Source of the DNA: Syntrophorhabdaceae bacterium
GTDB lineage: Bacteria > Desulfobacterota > Syntrophorhabdia > Syntrophorhabdales > Syntrophorhabdaceae
Length of the DNA stretch: 64,000 nucleotides
Direction of reading: 5' to 3'
Assembly (NCBI GenBank): GCA_963665295.1
Contig: OY762209.1
Coordinates: forward strand, 5,444,165 to 5,508,164
Shown: positions 17,270-26,004 of the stretch, in pieces
How positions within the stretch are numbered: the stretch's first letter is position 1
Layout: each line of letters begins with the position of its first letter
Program-made: the position numbers and the translations under genes
The notes under the pieces: generated by a model
The model's database searches: none
Told to the model about the DNA's origin: nothing
What the model saw: only the letters and a program-made list of their open reading frames with translations

Positions 17270-19440
17270 AGACCTTTCCTGCAAATTTCACCACGGAGAA
17301 GAGCAAGAAGACGGGCGCGGCCCCCGTATGGTTACTCAAGTGCCCCTTCGCGACCGGGACCCTTTACTTAAGCGACGTGGTCTTTTCCGTCGCCTCCTGG
17401 AACGGGGGGATCGCCACGAAGTCATGGGTAAAGGAGTGGGGCGCGATCGATGAAGACATATCCGGGGATTTGAGCCTTACCAAGGTCTCGGATTTCTCGC
17501 TTCAGGTGATTATCGATCCGGGCGCGTCTCCCGACATCGAGACGATTATCAACGATCCTTTGAACGCCATAGAGACCACGGATATCGAACTCTATCTATG
17601 GTTCAGGGGCCTCGATCCTTCGACGGACCCGCCCCAACTCATGTGGGTAGGGAACATCACGGAGTACACGAAGCTCGACGAACTGGTTTATCAGCTCGAT
17701 CTTGTGGATCAGTCGGTAAAGCTCAACAAGTATGTGGGCACCCTTCTCAACCAGGACCTTTTCCCGAGGATGGACCCCGCCGATGTGGGCAAAATGGCCA
17801 ACATTATGATGGGCTCGGTAAAAGGGGTTCCCTGTCATGCCATTATTGCGGGGGGCGTGAGCACCCTCACTCAGGCCATGACAGCCACCGCTACCGGTTC
17901 ACGGACCGTAGCGGACGGATCGCGGTTTCCCGACACGGGCACCTTCTGGGTAAAGATCGGGGACGAGATCATAAAGTGTACCGGCGCGAGTCCCACGTAC
18001 ATCTATGTCGCGGCCAGGGGCGAATACGATACCACGCCCGCCGCCCACGCGGTAGACGAAGCGGTGGTCGAGTATGCCGCGTCCGGTTTCACCTACCTCG
18101 TGGCCGATCATCAGGTGGTGGAGATCGAGAACGTCTATGTGGACGGGGAACTGGTGACAGACGGCGTAACCAAATACCCCGGGGGGCACGGCGCGTGGAC
18201 CACGAAGGCGCAGGTGCTTTTGATACACGGCCCCTATGACCCGAGTCCGGAGTTTCTGAACCCTGCAAGTACAGCAGGCAATGCAAAGGACCTCTCCAAT
18301 TCCATCGACGGAGACGAATCCACTAGAACGGAGTTTGGCTCTAGCGCCGTTGCTCTCCAGGTCAATTTTTCTGCGTCCCCGAGAAAGGATGCGGTGATTA
18401 AACAGGAAGTGGAAGTGGTCCTTGAGGTGCCGAATAACCGGACCCTTAACGTAACAACGGGCTGGGCACCATCGAGCGTGACGAACACAGGCGGTATAAA
18501 ACGGGTGACCTTTACAAAGACAGGCGGCGCGAGGACGGATACTATCACATTTACGGGAACGGTGCAGCCCCCTACTGCGTATGTCTATGAGGTAAAACCC
18601 AAAAAGGTCTACGCCTACAAAATCAACGCCGGGGCTGAGACGGCCGCGAAAATCAACGTAGGGAGCGTCGTCACGGTGGATGTGCTTGCCACCGGCAACG
18701 CCTATCATTACCCCGATATAATCATCAAAAACTTCCTCGTCACTTACGCGGGATGGTCGACTGACAACTTTATCACAGATGCGGCCACTGTTTTCACCGA
18801 GTCGCCCATATACCACTTCTCGGTGCTCCTCAACGAGTATAAGACCCTCAAGGAGTGGCTCTCGAAAATGGCCTTTCAATGCAGGTGCTATTTCCGTTTC
18901 GCCCACGGGAAAGCCTATCTCCTCTATCGTCCGGACACAATTACGAGCGACAAAACAATCACGGACGCCGTGGTGCGCATGGAGGATAATTTCAAGACCA
19001 CGGTGAAAGTGGAGCGGTCCCGCCTCGATGAAGTGATCAATAAGATCAACCTGAGATTTTGCAGGGACTGGGCAAGATCGGGCAATGCCGCCTATAAGTA
19101 TCTCTGCCGGGGGGACGCGACCCACACGGGCGGATACGATGCGGCAAGCGTGGCCCGCTACGGGGAAAAAGAGAGGGCGGACCTCTTTAATTTCGACTTT
19201 GTGATCCTATCCGCCATGGCCGTCGATCTCCAGGCCTTTTATCTCGCCCGCTACAAAGACAGAAAGCGGATCGCGACGATGGAGATATTCCTCGATAATT
19301 CAGAACTCGAATTCGCGGACGGTGTTACTTTCGCGCCCCTCGGGAATATGCTTGCCGAGGTCCAAAAGGTTAACATCACGCCCGGGAGCGGAAGAGACAT
19401 GACAAACGACAAAATACAACTGGTAATAAAGGAGTATTGA
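17266..19440 (+). CDS. tail tip / hub protein
   Basis: 724 aa beta-rich protein directly after the tape measure gene; overlapping start and stop. Confidence 0.65.
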   Translation: MKTFPANFTTEKSKKTGAAPVWLLKCPFATGTLYLSDVVFSVASWNGGIATKSWVKEWGAIDEDISGDLSLTKVSDFSLQVIIDPGASPDIETIINDPLNAIETTDIELYLWFRGLDPSTDPPQLMWVGNITEYTKLDELVYQLDLVDQSVKLNKYVGTLLNQDLFPRMDPADVGKMANIMMGSVKGVPCHAIIAGGVSTLTQAMTATATGSRTVADGSRFPDTGTFWVKIGDEIIKCTGASPTYIYVAARGEYDTTPAAHAVDEAVVEYAASGFTYLVADHQVVEIENVYVDGELVTDGVTKYPGGHGAWTTKAQVLLIHGPYDPSPEFLNPASTAGNAKDLSNSIDGDESTRTEFGSSAVALQVNFSASPRKDAVIKQEVEVVLEVPNNRTLNVTTGWAPSSVTNTGGIKRVTFTKTGGARTDTITFTGTVQPPTAYVYEVKPKKVYAYKINAGAETAAKINVGSVVTVDVLATGNAYHYPDIIIKNFLVTYAGWSTDNFITDAATVFTESPIYHFSVLLNEYKTLKEWLSKMAFQCRCYFRFAHGKAYLLYRPDTITSDKTITDAVVRMEDNFKTTVKVERSRLDEVINKINLRFCRDWARSGNAAYKYLCRGDATHTGGYDAASVARYGEKERADLFNFDFVILSAMAVDLQAFYLARYKDRKRIATMEIFLDNSELEFADGVTFAPLGNMLAEVQKVNITPGSGRDMTNDKIQLVIKEY

Positions 19441-19874
19441 TGGCATTACCGGCAGATTCGGATTGGGGTGAAAGCGCCTGGGGAGGTTTCCTGTACGGAG
19501 CGGGGGGCCGTGGGATATTCGGTTACCCCTCCGACGATCCCACGGTGACGGTTGCGGTAAGGGTGCTCAGGGCGTACCATGACCCCGTGAAAAAGAAGCA
19601 ACCCGTGGATTACTCGAACGGGGGCGATCCCTATATCTACGTCAAGGGATTGACTGAATATTCCTTCGGGGTGCCCCTCAAGCTTTCCAGGGCGGATAAG
19701 GCGGCGCTGAAAGCGTTCTACGATACCTCGGCAGACGGCAAGGCCAACCAGGTCTATTACGCCGATCCGGAGGGGAACGAGCATATAGTGCGCATCATGA
19801 ACGATGAATTTGACTTCCCGGAAGAGGCATATGACAAATTCACGGGAACTCTCAACCTACGCAAGGAGGGATAA
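19437..19874 (+). CDS. minor (distal-type) tail protein
   Basis: 145 aa; coupled to both neighbours. Confidence 0.55.
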   Translation: MMALPADSDWGESAWGGFLYGAGGRGIFGYPSDDPTVTVAVRVLRAYHDPVKKKQPVDYSNGGDPYIYVKGLTEYSFGVPLKLSRADKAALKAFYDTSADGKANQVYYADPEGNEHIVRIMNDEFDFPEEAYDKFTGTLNLRKEG

Positions 19875-21641
19875 ATGGGATACGATGAAACAACAAATTT
19901 GAAGCTCAAGAAGCCCACGGTGGGCACGGTGAAGACCGAGTGGCCGGGCTACATCAACGGGAACTTCGACACTTTGGACGCGGAAGTCCAGGCACGGCAC
20001 AAAACGGGGGAGGTTTTTCCGGAGAACATAACTCCCGACGCCGATAACACCCGCTCCATAGGCTCGGCGATCAGGAGGTTTCTCGGCGGCTTCTTCAACG
20101 AGATTACCCTGGGCGGCGTGACGCGTTCGACTTGGCCGTCTCCCGGATCAGGATCACAGAGCATGGACGATACGTACAATAACGGGAGTCAGGTGGATGT
20201 GGACAACACGGACGAAGTGCGCCGCCTGGGGGCGGGCAAGAAGTTCAAGCTCGCAAACGCAGACGGGTCGATCACCTACATGGAAGCGGAGGGAGGGGTC
20301 GGGATTATGCTCACCCCTCACAATGACGTGACCCATGCCAACGAGATCGCCGGTGCGCGATTCGGCGAGTGGAGTCAGGGAACCCTCGAAAACGTGGGGG
20401 CCGATCTGGCCTCGAACGGGGGATTCACGGCCGATACAACGGGCTGGACCCCGGACCTTGCCACCCTTGCAAGCGTAGCCGGGGGGCAAAGCGGGAACTG
20501 CCTTGAAATGACCCGGTCAAGCTGGAGTATTCAGACGGCAAGGGCAGCGCTGACAGGGCTCACCATAGGGAAGCTGTACCGGATGACCGTGTATGTCAAG
20601 AGCGGTACCTCCGGCAATGAACCGTTCAATATATCCGTCCTCGACGCATTGGGCGCAACACGATATGGCCTCACATCCGGAGTATCATCCGGGTCCTGGG
20701 TGTCATATTCAGTGATCATTACCGCCCCCGCGACAAGCGTCATGTTATCCCTGGAGAAGAACACCGCCACCGCCGGAACCATGCTGTTTGACTCCGTCAC
20801 CTTCTACGAAGTGACGCCGGGCTGCGTGGGTGCGGATTCAAAGGGGCCCGACGGGTGGACGAAGGACGCCGGAATAAGCCTATATAGGGAATCTATTGCG
20901 CCTGGAGGCAGCATCTATTCGCTCAAGGCCATAGGGGTGGCTGCGCTGGGATATATATATCAGCATATACCATCCTTTCAGGGATTTGCCGGCAGGACAT
21001 GCGCCTACGGCATGTGGGTCACGACCTCGGCTGCAAATAAAGCCCGTCTGGGGATATATGACGGAATCACATGGAGTTGGTCTCCCTACCACACGGGAAG
21101 CGGTGATCGTGAGTGGCTGGAATGTCCCCTGGCAGTATCTGCCGCCAATACACAGCTCGTCGTGGCGATGACTCCCGGAACAGACAACACCGCCTGTTTC
21201 TCCCAGCCCATGTTGATCCTCGGCGCAGTGATCGGGGCAGGCAACTATGGCTCCCGCCCGGGAGAAACCATATGGCTCGACGCGCCGGTGGGGCTTTCGA
21301 CCCTTCATAACAAGGCAGGCCTCAGCACCACGGCCGCCACCGCCATCAGCCTGGAACCGGACGCGGGCGGGTTGATCGGGAAGGGCGTGAAGGCGGTCTA
21401 CTTGAGTATGGAGGCAAACGACAGCGCGAGCGCGGGAGGGGACTGTAGCGCCAACCTCGGTCCGGCAAGCGGCAATCAGCCCTTTTGTTGTTCACCCGCA
21501 GGACTCGCCGACAGCAGGGCGGCGCGGGCTCAAGGATGGGTGCCCCTGGCTGCGGACGGAAGCCTGACCTATGCCCTCACCGCCACGGGCTCGGCCACCC
21601 TGGCCGTCACAAAGGCCGGGATTGTCGCAGTACAGTATTAA
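19875..21641 (+). CDS. tail fibre / receptor-binding protein with carbohydrate-binding-like jelly-roll domains
   Basis: N-terminal TTNLKLKKP...INGNFDTLD anchor; NGGFTADTTGW..GKLYRMTVYVK..FDSV CBM-like segment. Confidence 0.7.
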   Translation: MGYDETTNLKLKKPTVGTVKTEWPGYINGNFDTLDAEVQARHKTGEVFPENITPDADNTRSIGSAIRRFLGGFFNEITLGGVTRSTWPSPGSGSQSMDDTYNNGSQVDVDNTDEVRRLGAGKKFKLANADGSITYMEAEGGVGIMLTPHNDVTHANEIAGARFGEWSQGTLENVGADLASNGGFTADTTGWTPDLATLASVAGGQSGNCLEMTRSSWSIQTARAALTGLTIGKLYRMTVYVKSGTSGNEPFNISVLDALGATRYGLTSGVSSGSWVSYSVIITAPATSVMLSLEKNTATAGTMLFDSVTFYEVTPGCVGADSKGPDGWTKDAGISLYRESIAPGGSIYSLKAIGVAALGYIYQHIPSFQGFAGRTCAYGMWVTTSAANKARLGIYDGITWSWSPYHTGSGDREWLECPLAVSAANTQLVVAMTPGTDNTACFSQPMLILGAVIGAGNYGSRPGETIWLDAPVGLSTLHNKAGLSTTAATAISLEPDAGGLIGKGVKAVYLSMEANDSASAGGDCSANLGPASGNQPFCCSPAGLADSRAARAQGWVPLAADGSLTYALTATGSATLAVTKAGIVAVQY

Positions 21642-21652
21642 GAGGAGGATAC

Positions 21653-22051
21653 ATGGATATTACAATCACCCCGAATGGCTTGAGACCCATAGACGATGCA
21701 AATCAGGTCACCTATTTTACCCTCGCGGCGGGCGGCACGGTCTATAAATGGCATGGGAACACCCCGAGGCTGGAGGGGCAGGCCCTTGCGGACTACCTCA
21801 CGGCCCACGCCGGGGAATACCTGTGCGGCATCCACCGGAAGATGTACGTGGAGGCGGCGATCTTACCCCGTACCGGCGAGTCGGAAGCCGAGGCCTGGAC
21901 CCGGTGGATTGCGGAAGGGTGCAGGAATACCCGGGAGATCGAGGTGATGGCGGACGGCGAGCGGACGAGCCGGCTCCTTGAAGAGGTGGTCCCGTTGAAA
22001 CCCTGGAAGGACACCCACCCGATGAGCGAAAACCCGGTGACGTGGACGTAG
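21653..22051 (+). CDS. hypothetical protein after the tail fibre (possible fibre chaperone)
   Basis: RBS GAGGAGG before ATG 21653. Confidence 0.6.
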   Translation: MDITITPNGLRPIDDANQVTYFTLAAGGTVYKWHGNTPRLEGQALADYLTAHAGEYLCGIHRKMYVEAAILPRTGESEAEAWTRWIAEGCRNTREIEVMADGERTSRLLEEVVPLKPWKDTHPMSENPVTWT

Positions 22052-22057
22052 GATAAA

Positions 22058-22138
22058 GCGGACAGCAGTTCAAGGGAGCTACGCTCCCTCAAAACCATGC
22101 GCTACCAACGCATGACGGGCAAGCCCGCTACCATCCGC
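22058..22138 (+). ncRNA. multistem RNA element upstream of the methylase remnant (D12-methyl-motif-like context)
   Basis: Closing stem GCGGA/TCCGC with hairpins 22073-22089, 22096-22114 and 22116-22127. Confidence 0.5.
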
Positions 22139-22141
22139 ACC

Positions 22142-22201
22142 CCGGCCGGGGCGGATAGAAAGAAAAAAGTCACCGAGCTACTGATCACGAATTTCAAGTA
22201 A
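22142..22201 (+). pseudogene. C-terminal remnant of a D12-class (Dam-like) DNA adenine methyltransferase
   Basis: Translates PAGADRKKKVTELLITNFK*, the typical ELLIxN(Y/F) terminus, at the mom/dam position of Mu-like phages. Confidence 0.6.
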
Positions 22202-22233
22202 AGCAGGTCTCAAAAAGGATACGATCCGGGGGA

Positions 22234-22319
22234 TTGCAATTTCTATCATCGATTTGCAATTCCCTATCACCCAAATGCAAACATTTTGGATGTTACTATC
22301 AAATGGCGCGCAATTTACT
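22234..22319. repeat. prophage right end: three candidate transposase-binding repeats
   Basis: CTATCA-N6/7-(T/C)GCAA starting at 22243, 22264 and 22296. Confidence 0.7.
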
Positions 22320-22479
22320 TAGATGCCGGGAGGCACTACCAGAGGGCATTTAGGTCCATTCTTGGTTTCCGATCTGAATTGGCCTGTCTATGGAAGTGTC
22401 TGAATTTATACGGGGAACGGTATAATGTTTGCCCCCGGCGACCTTTGTTCTTTTCTACAAATTAATTGGAGCCGCGGAA

Positions 22480-22618
22480 TAGGCGGCCGCACGGGACGGA
22501 CACTTCAGATGGGTCAGGCTGTGAAGGGAGGCTGGGCGTCGTCGTACTCAAGTACGACAGAGCACGCCTCCCTTTGCAGAGTGGCCTATATGGAGCGTCC
22601 GTTCCGTGCGGCCGCCTA
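22480..22618. repeat. rod-like palindromic repeat, copy A
   Basis: Long imperfect inverted repeat centred on CGTAC-TCAA-GTACG; homologous to 59953-60090. Confidence 0.85.
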
Positions 22619-22786
22619 AGGACTTGCATTACGGAAGCAACTTGCCCCATTTCAGCACCCAACCCACATTGCGCTCTTTTCCCGCTTTTCCGCTTTTCCC
22701 GCTTCTCCCCTTGCATTCGCAGAGGGATGAAGTAGAATATCATCAGGCTCTGAAGATCCATACGAACTCAACGCAAGGAGGATCAT

Positions 22787-24046
22787 ATGACCGTACGAAA
22801 GATCAACCCGGCTGACATGGCCATGCGACAGATCGAACTCGCGGCACAGCACCTCGACATCGACCACGGGGTGCTCGAAAAGATCAAGTACACGGAGCGG
22901 GACATTATCGTTCACTTTCCCGTAAAGATGGACGATGGCGTCGTGCAGGTCTTTACAGGCTATCGCATCCAGCACAACGACACCCGGGGACCTTTCAAGG
23001 GGGGACTCCGCTACCATCCCGACGTGGACCTCGACGAAGTGCGCGCCCTTGCCATGTGGATGACCTGGAAGTCCGCCGTGGTAAACATCCCCTTCGGCGG
23101 CGCAAAAGGCGGCGTGGCGTGCAATCCGAAATCCCTCTCCCCGGGCGAACTCGAAAGGATCACGCGGCGCTTTACCTGGGAAATATCCTCCTTCATCGGT
23201 CCCGAGCGGGATATCCCCGCTCCCGACGTATACACGAACCCCCAGGTCATGGCGTGGATCATGGATACCTACAGCATCCGCAAGGGCTATGCCGTCCCCG
23301 GCGTGGTCACGGGCAAGCCTATCTGCCTGGGCGGCTCCCTGGGACGCTTCGAAGCCACTGCCAAGGGGGTCTTCGTAACGGCCTCGGAGGCTGCAAAGCA
23401 CCTCAATATCCCCATGGAGTCGGCGAGGGTCGCCATCCAGGGGGCAGGCAACGTGGGAGGCGTGGCCGCCAGATTCTTCGAGCAGGCGGGGGCCAAAGTC
23501 ATCGCCATCAGCGATTCCAAGAACGGGTCCTATAACCCCCGGGGCCTCAACGTGAGCAGGGCCCTCGACTGCAAGGACCGCTACAGTTGCTTCATCGAGG
23601 AGGAAATAGGGGAAGCGGAGACCATCACGAACGAGGAACTGCTGGAACTGGAGTGCGACATACTCGTGCCCTGCGCCCTGGAGGGCCAGATCACCGGTGA
23701 GAACGCGCCGAACCTCAAGTGCAAGCTCGTGGTGGAAGGCGCCAACGGACCCACCACCCCCGACGCGGACGAAATCCTCTGTGATCGCGGGATATTTGTC
23801 GTGCCCGACATACTCGCCAACGCGGGAGGGGTGACGGTGTCTTACTTCGAGTGGGTCCAGAATCTGCAGGAACTATTGTGGAATGAAGAAGAGGTTTCCC
23901 AGCGCCTCACCAACATCATGTCCCGGAGCTTCTTCGAGGTACTCAGGATCAGTGAGGAGAAGAAGGTCAACATGAGAATAGCCGCCCTCATCCTGGGGAT
24001 CGGAAGGGTGGCCGAGGCAGTGCAACTGAGGGGCATCTTCCCGTGA
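22787..24046 (+). CDS. gdhA: Glu/Leu/Phe/Val dehydrogenase (glutamate dehydrogenase)
   Basis: GPFKGGLRY, GGAKGG, DIPAPD, QGAGNVG, EGANGP and NAGGVTVSYFEW motifs. Confidence 0.95.
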   Translation: MTVRKINPADMAMRQIELAAQHLDIDHGVLEKIKYTERDIIVHFPVKMDDGVVQVFTGYRIQHNDTRGPFKGGLRYHPDVDLDEVRALAMWMTWKSAVVNIPFGGAKGGVACNPKSLSPGELERITRRFTWEISSFIGPERDIPAPDVYTNPQVMAWIMDTYSIRKGYAVPGVVTGKPICLGGSLGRFEATAKGVFVTASEAAKHLNIPMESARVAIQGAGNVGGVAARFFEQAGAKVIAISDSKNGSYNPRGLNVSRALDCKDRYSCFIEEEIGEAETITNEELLELECDILVPCALEGQITGENAPNLKCKLVVEGANGPTTPDADEILCDRGIFVVPDILANAGGVTVSYFEWVQNLQELLWNEEEVSQRLTNIMSRSFFEVLRISEEKKVNMRIAALILGIGRVAEAVQLRGIFP

Positions 24047-24128
24047 TCACGGTTATGATAGTCATGGGCATCTGAATCCCTTCCCGGCCGTCACAAGGGG
24101 GGGGGATCATGGAAAAGGGCGGACCGCG

Positions 24129-25319
24129 TCAGGACTGCCCTTCCTCGCCCGACGGCCCCTTTCCCCCCGCCTTTGCCAGGGTCTCCTCGATCTCCTTCTT
24201 AATGTCGATCATAAGTATGTGACTCTCGGGCGTGTAGGCGGCGGTCTTTATCTCCGCGGCCCGCTTCAGGGCCCCGATGACGATTTCCGTTTTTTCCGCC
24301 TGCTCTTTCACCGCCTTGAGGGAGGCGAGCCTTACCTCTTCGGAGTCGGCACGTTCGCTTCGCCTCACCATCCCGCCGATTATGGCGTTCGCGTTGAGGA
24401 GGTAGTGAGACAGGGTGACCATGAGCTGATGGAGCGTTTCCAGGGCAATGGTCTTTCTCTCGTTTTCGAGTTCCGCCACCCGGAGGCGCTGTCTTTCGAC
24501 CTCCATCCTCGCCGTGATATCCCGGCAGATGCCCGCTGTCGCAGTTTCTCCTTCATAGGTGATGAGTTTCACCTTGTTCTCCGTATAGAGCCGGGACCCG
24601 TCCTTGAAGAGCCGGAGATAGACGTACTGGTCCCGTGTTTCCTCCATGGACATCCTCGCCTCGTACAGTTTCCTCAGTTCGGCCCTGGACTCGGGCGCCA
24701 CGAAAGAAAAGAAGGGTTTGCCGACCACTTCTTCAAGGGCGTAGCCGTGCATGTCGCAAAAAGCCTTGTTGGCAAAAACTATCACACCTTTCTGGTGGAC
24801 AAAATATCCGTCGTTGATCTCTTCCACCAGGACACGGTACTTTGCCTCCGATTCGGCCAGCTCCCTGGTCCTCTCCCCGATCTCGCATTCCAGGGCCTCG
24901 GCGCGTTTCCTGATTTCCCTTTCGTGGAGAGACTGGAAATAATCACTGAACTTCCTGATAGCGTAACTCATGCCGTCGTTGACCTTTTCGAGCGCCTCAA
25001 AGAGGGGCGGGCCCTCGAATTCCTTCATGAGGATCGGCAGGAGTACGGGCCTGTACAGCTCAAAAGCCATCTGCACTTCGGAGAGGGAAAAATCCCCTTC
25101 GAGTCTCAGCTTCGCGATCCTCTCGATAAGGGCGTCCATCTTCGAATGGTCTGCCTGGGTCAGGGTTGCGAAGAATGCATCGATCGCTTCCGAGATCGTG
25201 CTGACAAGCTCTTCGAGAGGCCGGCTTGAATAGCGTTCGCCCGCTTCCGTATGGAGACGCCGGGCCCATTCCTCCATAATCCCGCCCTTGTGCTTTTCAA
25301 GTATTTGCGCGAGGTCCAT
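24129..25319 (-). CDS. signalling protein: RsbRD-N-like globin domain, PAS, and degenerate HisKA without a HATPase domain
   Basis: IMEEW N-terminus, PAS (VFANKAFCDMHGY...RDIT), SHYLLN H-box-like motif, short C-terminus. Confidence 0.75.
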   Translation of the reverse strand: MDLAQILEKHKGGIMEEWARRLHTEAGERYSSRPLEELVSTISEAIDAFFATLTQADHSKMDALIERIAKLRLEGDFSLSEVQMAFELYRPVLLPILMKEFEGPPLFEALEKVNDGMSYAIRKFSDYFQSLHEREIRKRAEALECEIGERTRELAESEAKYRVLVEEINDGYFVHQKGVIVFANKAFCDMHGYALEEVVGKPFFSFVAPESRAELRKLYEARMSMEETRDQYVYLRLFKDGSRLYTENKVKLITYEGETATAGICRDITARMEVERQRLRVAELENERKTIALETLHQLMVTLSHYLLNANAIIGGMVRRSERADSEEVRLASLKAVKEQAEKTEIVIGALKRAAEIKTAAYTPESHILMIDIKKEIEETLAKAGGKGPSGEEGQS

Positions 25320-25442
25320 TCAAGTATCCTACGACGGAAAGGGCAGTCAGTCAAGGAGGAACGCGGGCGGGCGCCTGGCGCTTACCCTTGAAATAAGCGG
25401 TCACCGTGCATAAAATGAAGCAGAATCAGGGAGGTTGTTCAC

Positions 25443-25925
25443 GTGTCGCGTCAAACCCTCTGTCGGCTCACGGTAATCGTCATCCTCTGTGTCCTCGGGG
25501 CACATCCTGTATGCCCCGTCTCTCACGCAGTTGCGGGAAACCCGGCGGACAAGGAAGGGGAAACCATGGGCCGGGCCGGATACGAGAGGCTCCTTTTAAA
25601 AACTCAGAATGAGGGAACAGTGCGGGTCATCGTGCGCCTTGGCGTGCCCTTCTCTGCTGAGGCCGCCCCCTCCGCCCGCGACGCAACAGACCGGCGTTCC
25701 GCCATCACGAAGGCACAGGACAGGGTGTTGAGGGAACTGGCCGCCAGAGGACTGAAACCTGCTGCCTTACACAAGTACAGGTACACCCCCTATATGGCCA
25801 TGACAGTCGGCGCCGAGGCCCTCGAAGCCCTGGCAGCGTCTCCGGACGTGGCGGGCATCGAAGAGGATGTCCCGGCCAGGCCGTCCTCGTATCTTCAGTT
25901 TGATTTCACGTACTTTTTAGTGTAA
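25443..25925 (+). CDS. secreted peptidase inhibitor I9 / subtilisin propeptide-like protein
   Basis: Signal peptide, GTVRVIVRL...ALEALAASPDVAGIEED; no catalytic domain follows. Confidence 0.65.
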   Translation: MSRQTLCRLTVIVILCVLGAHPVCPVSHAVAGNPADKEGETMGRAGYERLLLKTQNEGTVRVIVRLGVPFSAEAAPSARDATDRRSAITKAQDRVLRELAARGLKPAALHKYRYTPYMAMTVGAEALEALAASPDVAGIEEDVPARPSSYLQFDFTYFLV

Positions 25926-26004
25926 ATTTACCAAAACACGGGGTCCTTCCAGTGCAGGAAGGCGACCCGTGCATGGCGGAAAACACGTGACCAAGCGAGA
26001 TAAC

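Larger units (their letters stand above)
1..22319 (+). mobile_element. Mu-like transposable prophage, late region and right end (early region lies left of the window)
   Basis: Gene order Mor/C - lysis - gp26/27/28/29/F/G/I-like - capsid - gp36/37-like - tail - methylase remnant - terminal repeats follows Mu-type phages. No tail sheath gene recognised. Confidence 0.92.

Noticed and set aside
19875..22200. Diversity-generating retroelement or invertible tail-fibre cassette
   Set aside because: No reverse transcriptase, invertase, VR/TR pair or inverted second fibre seen in the window.
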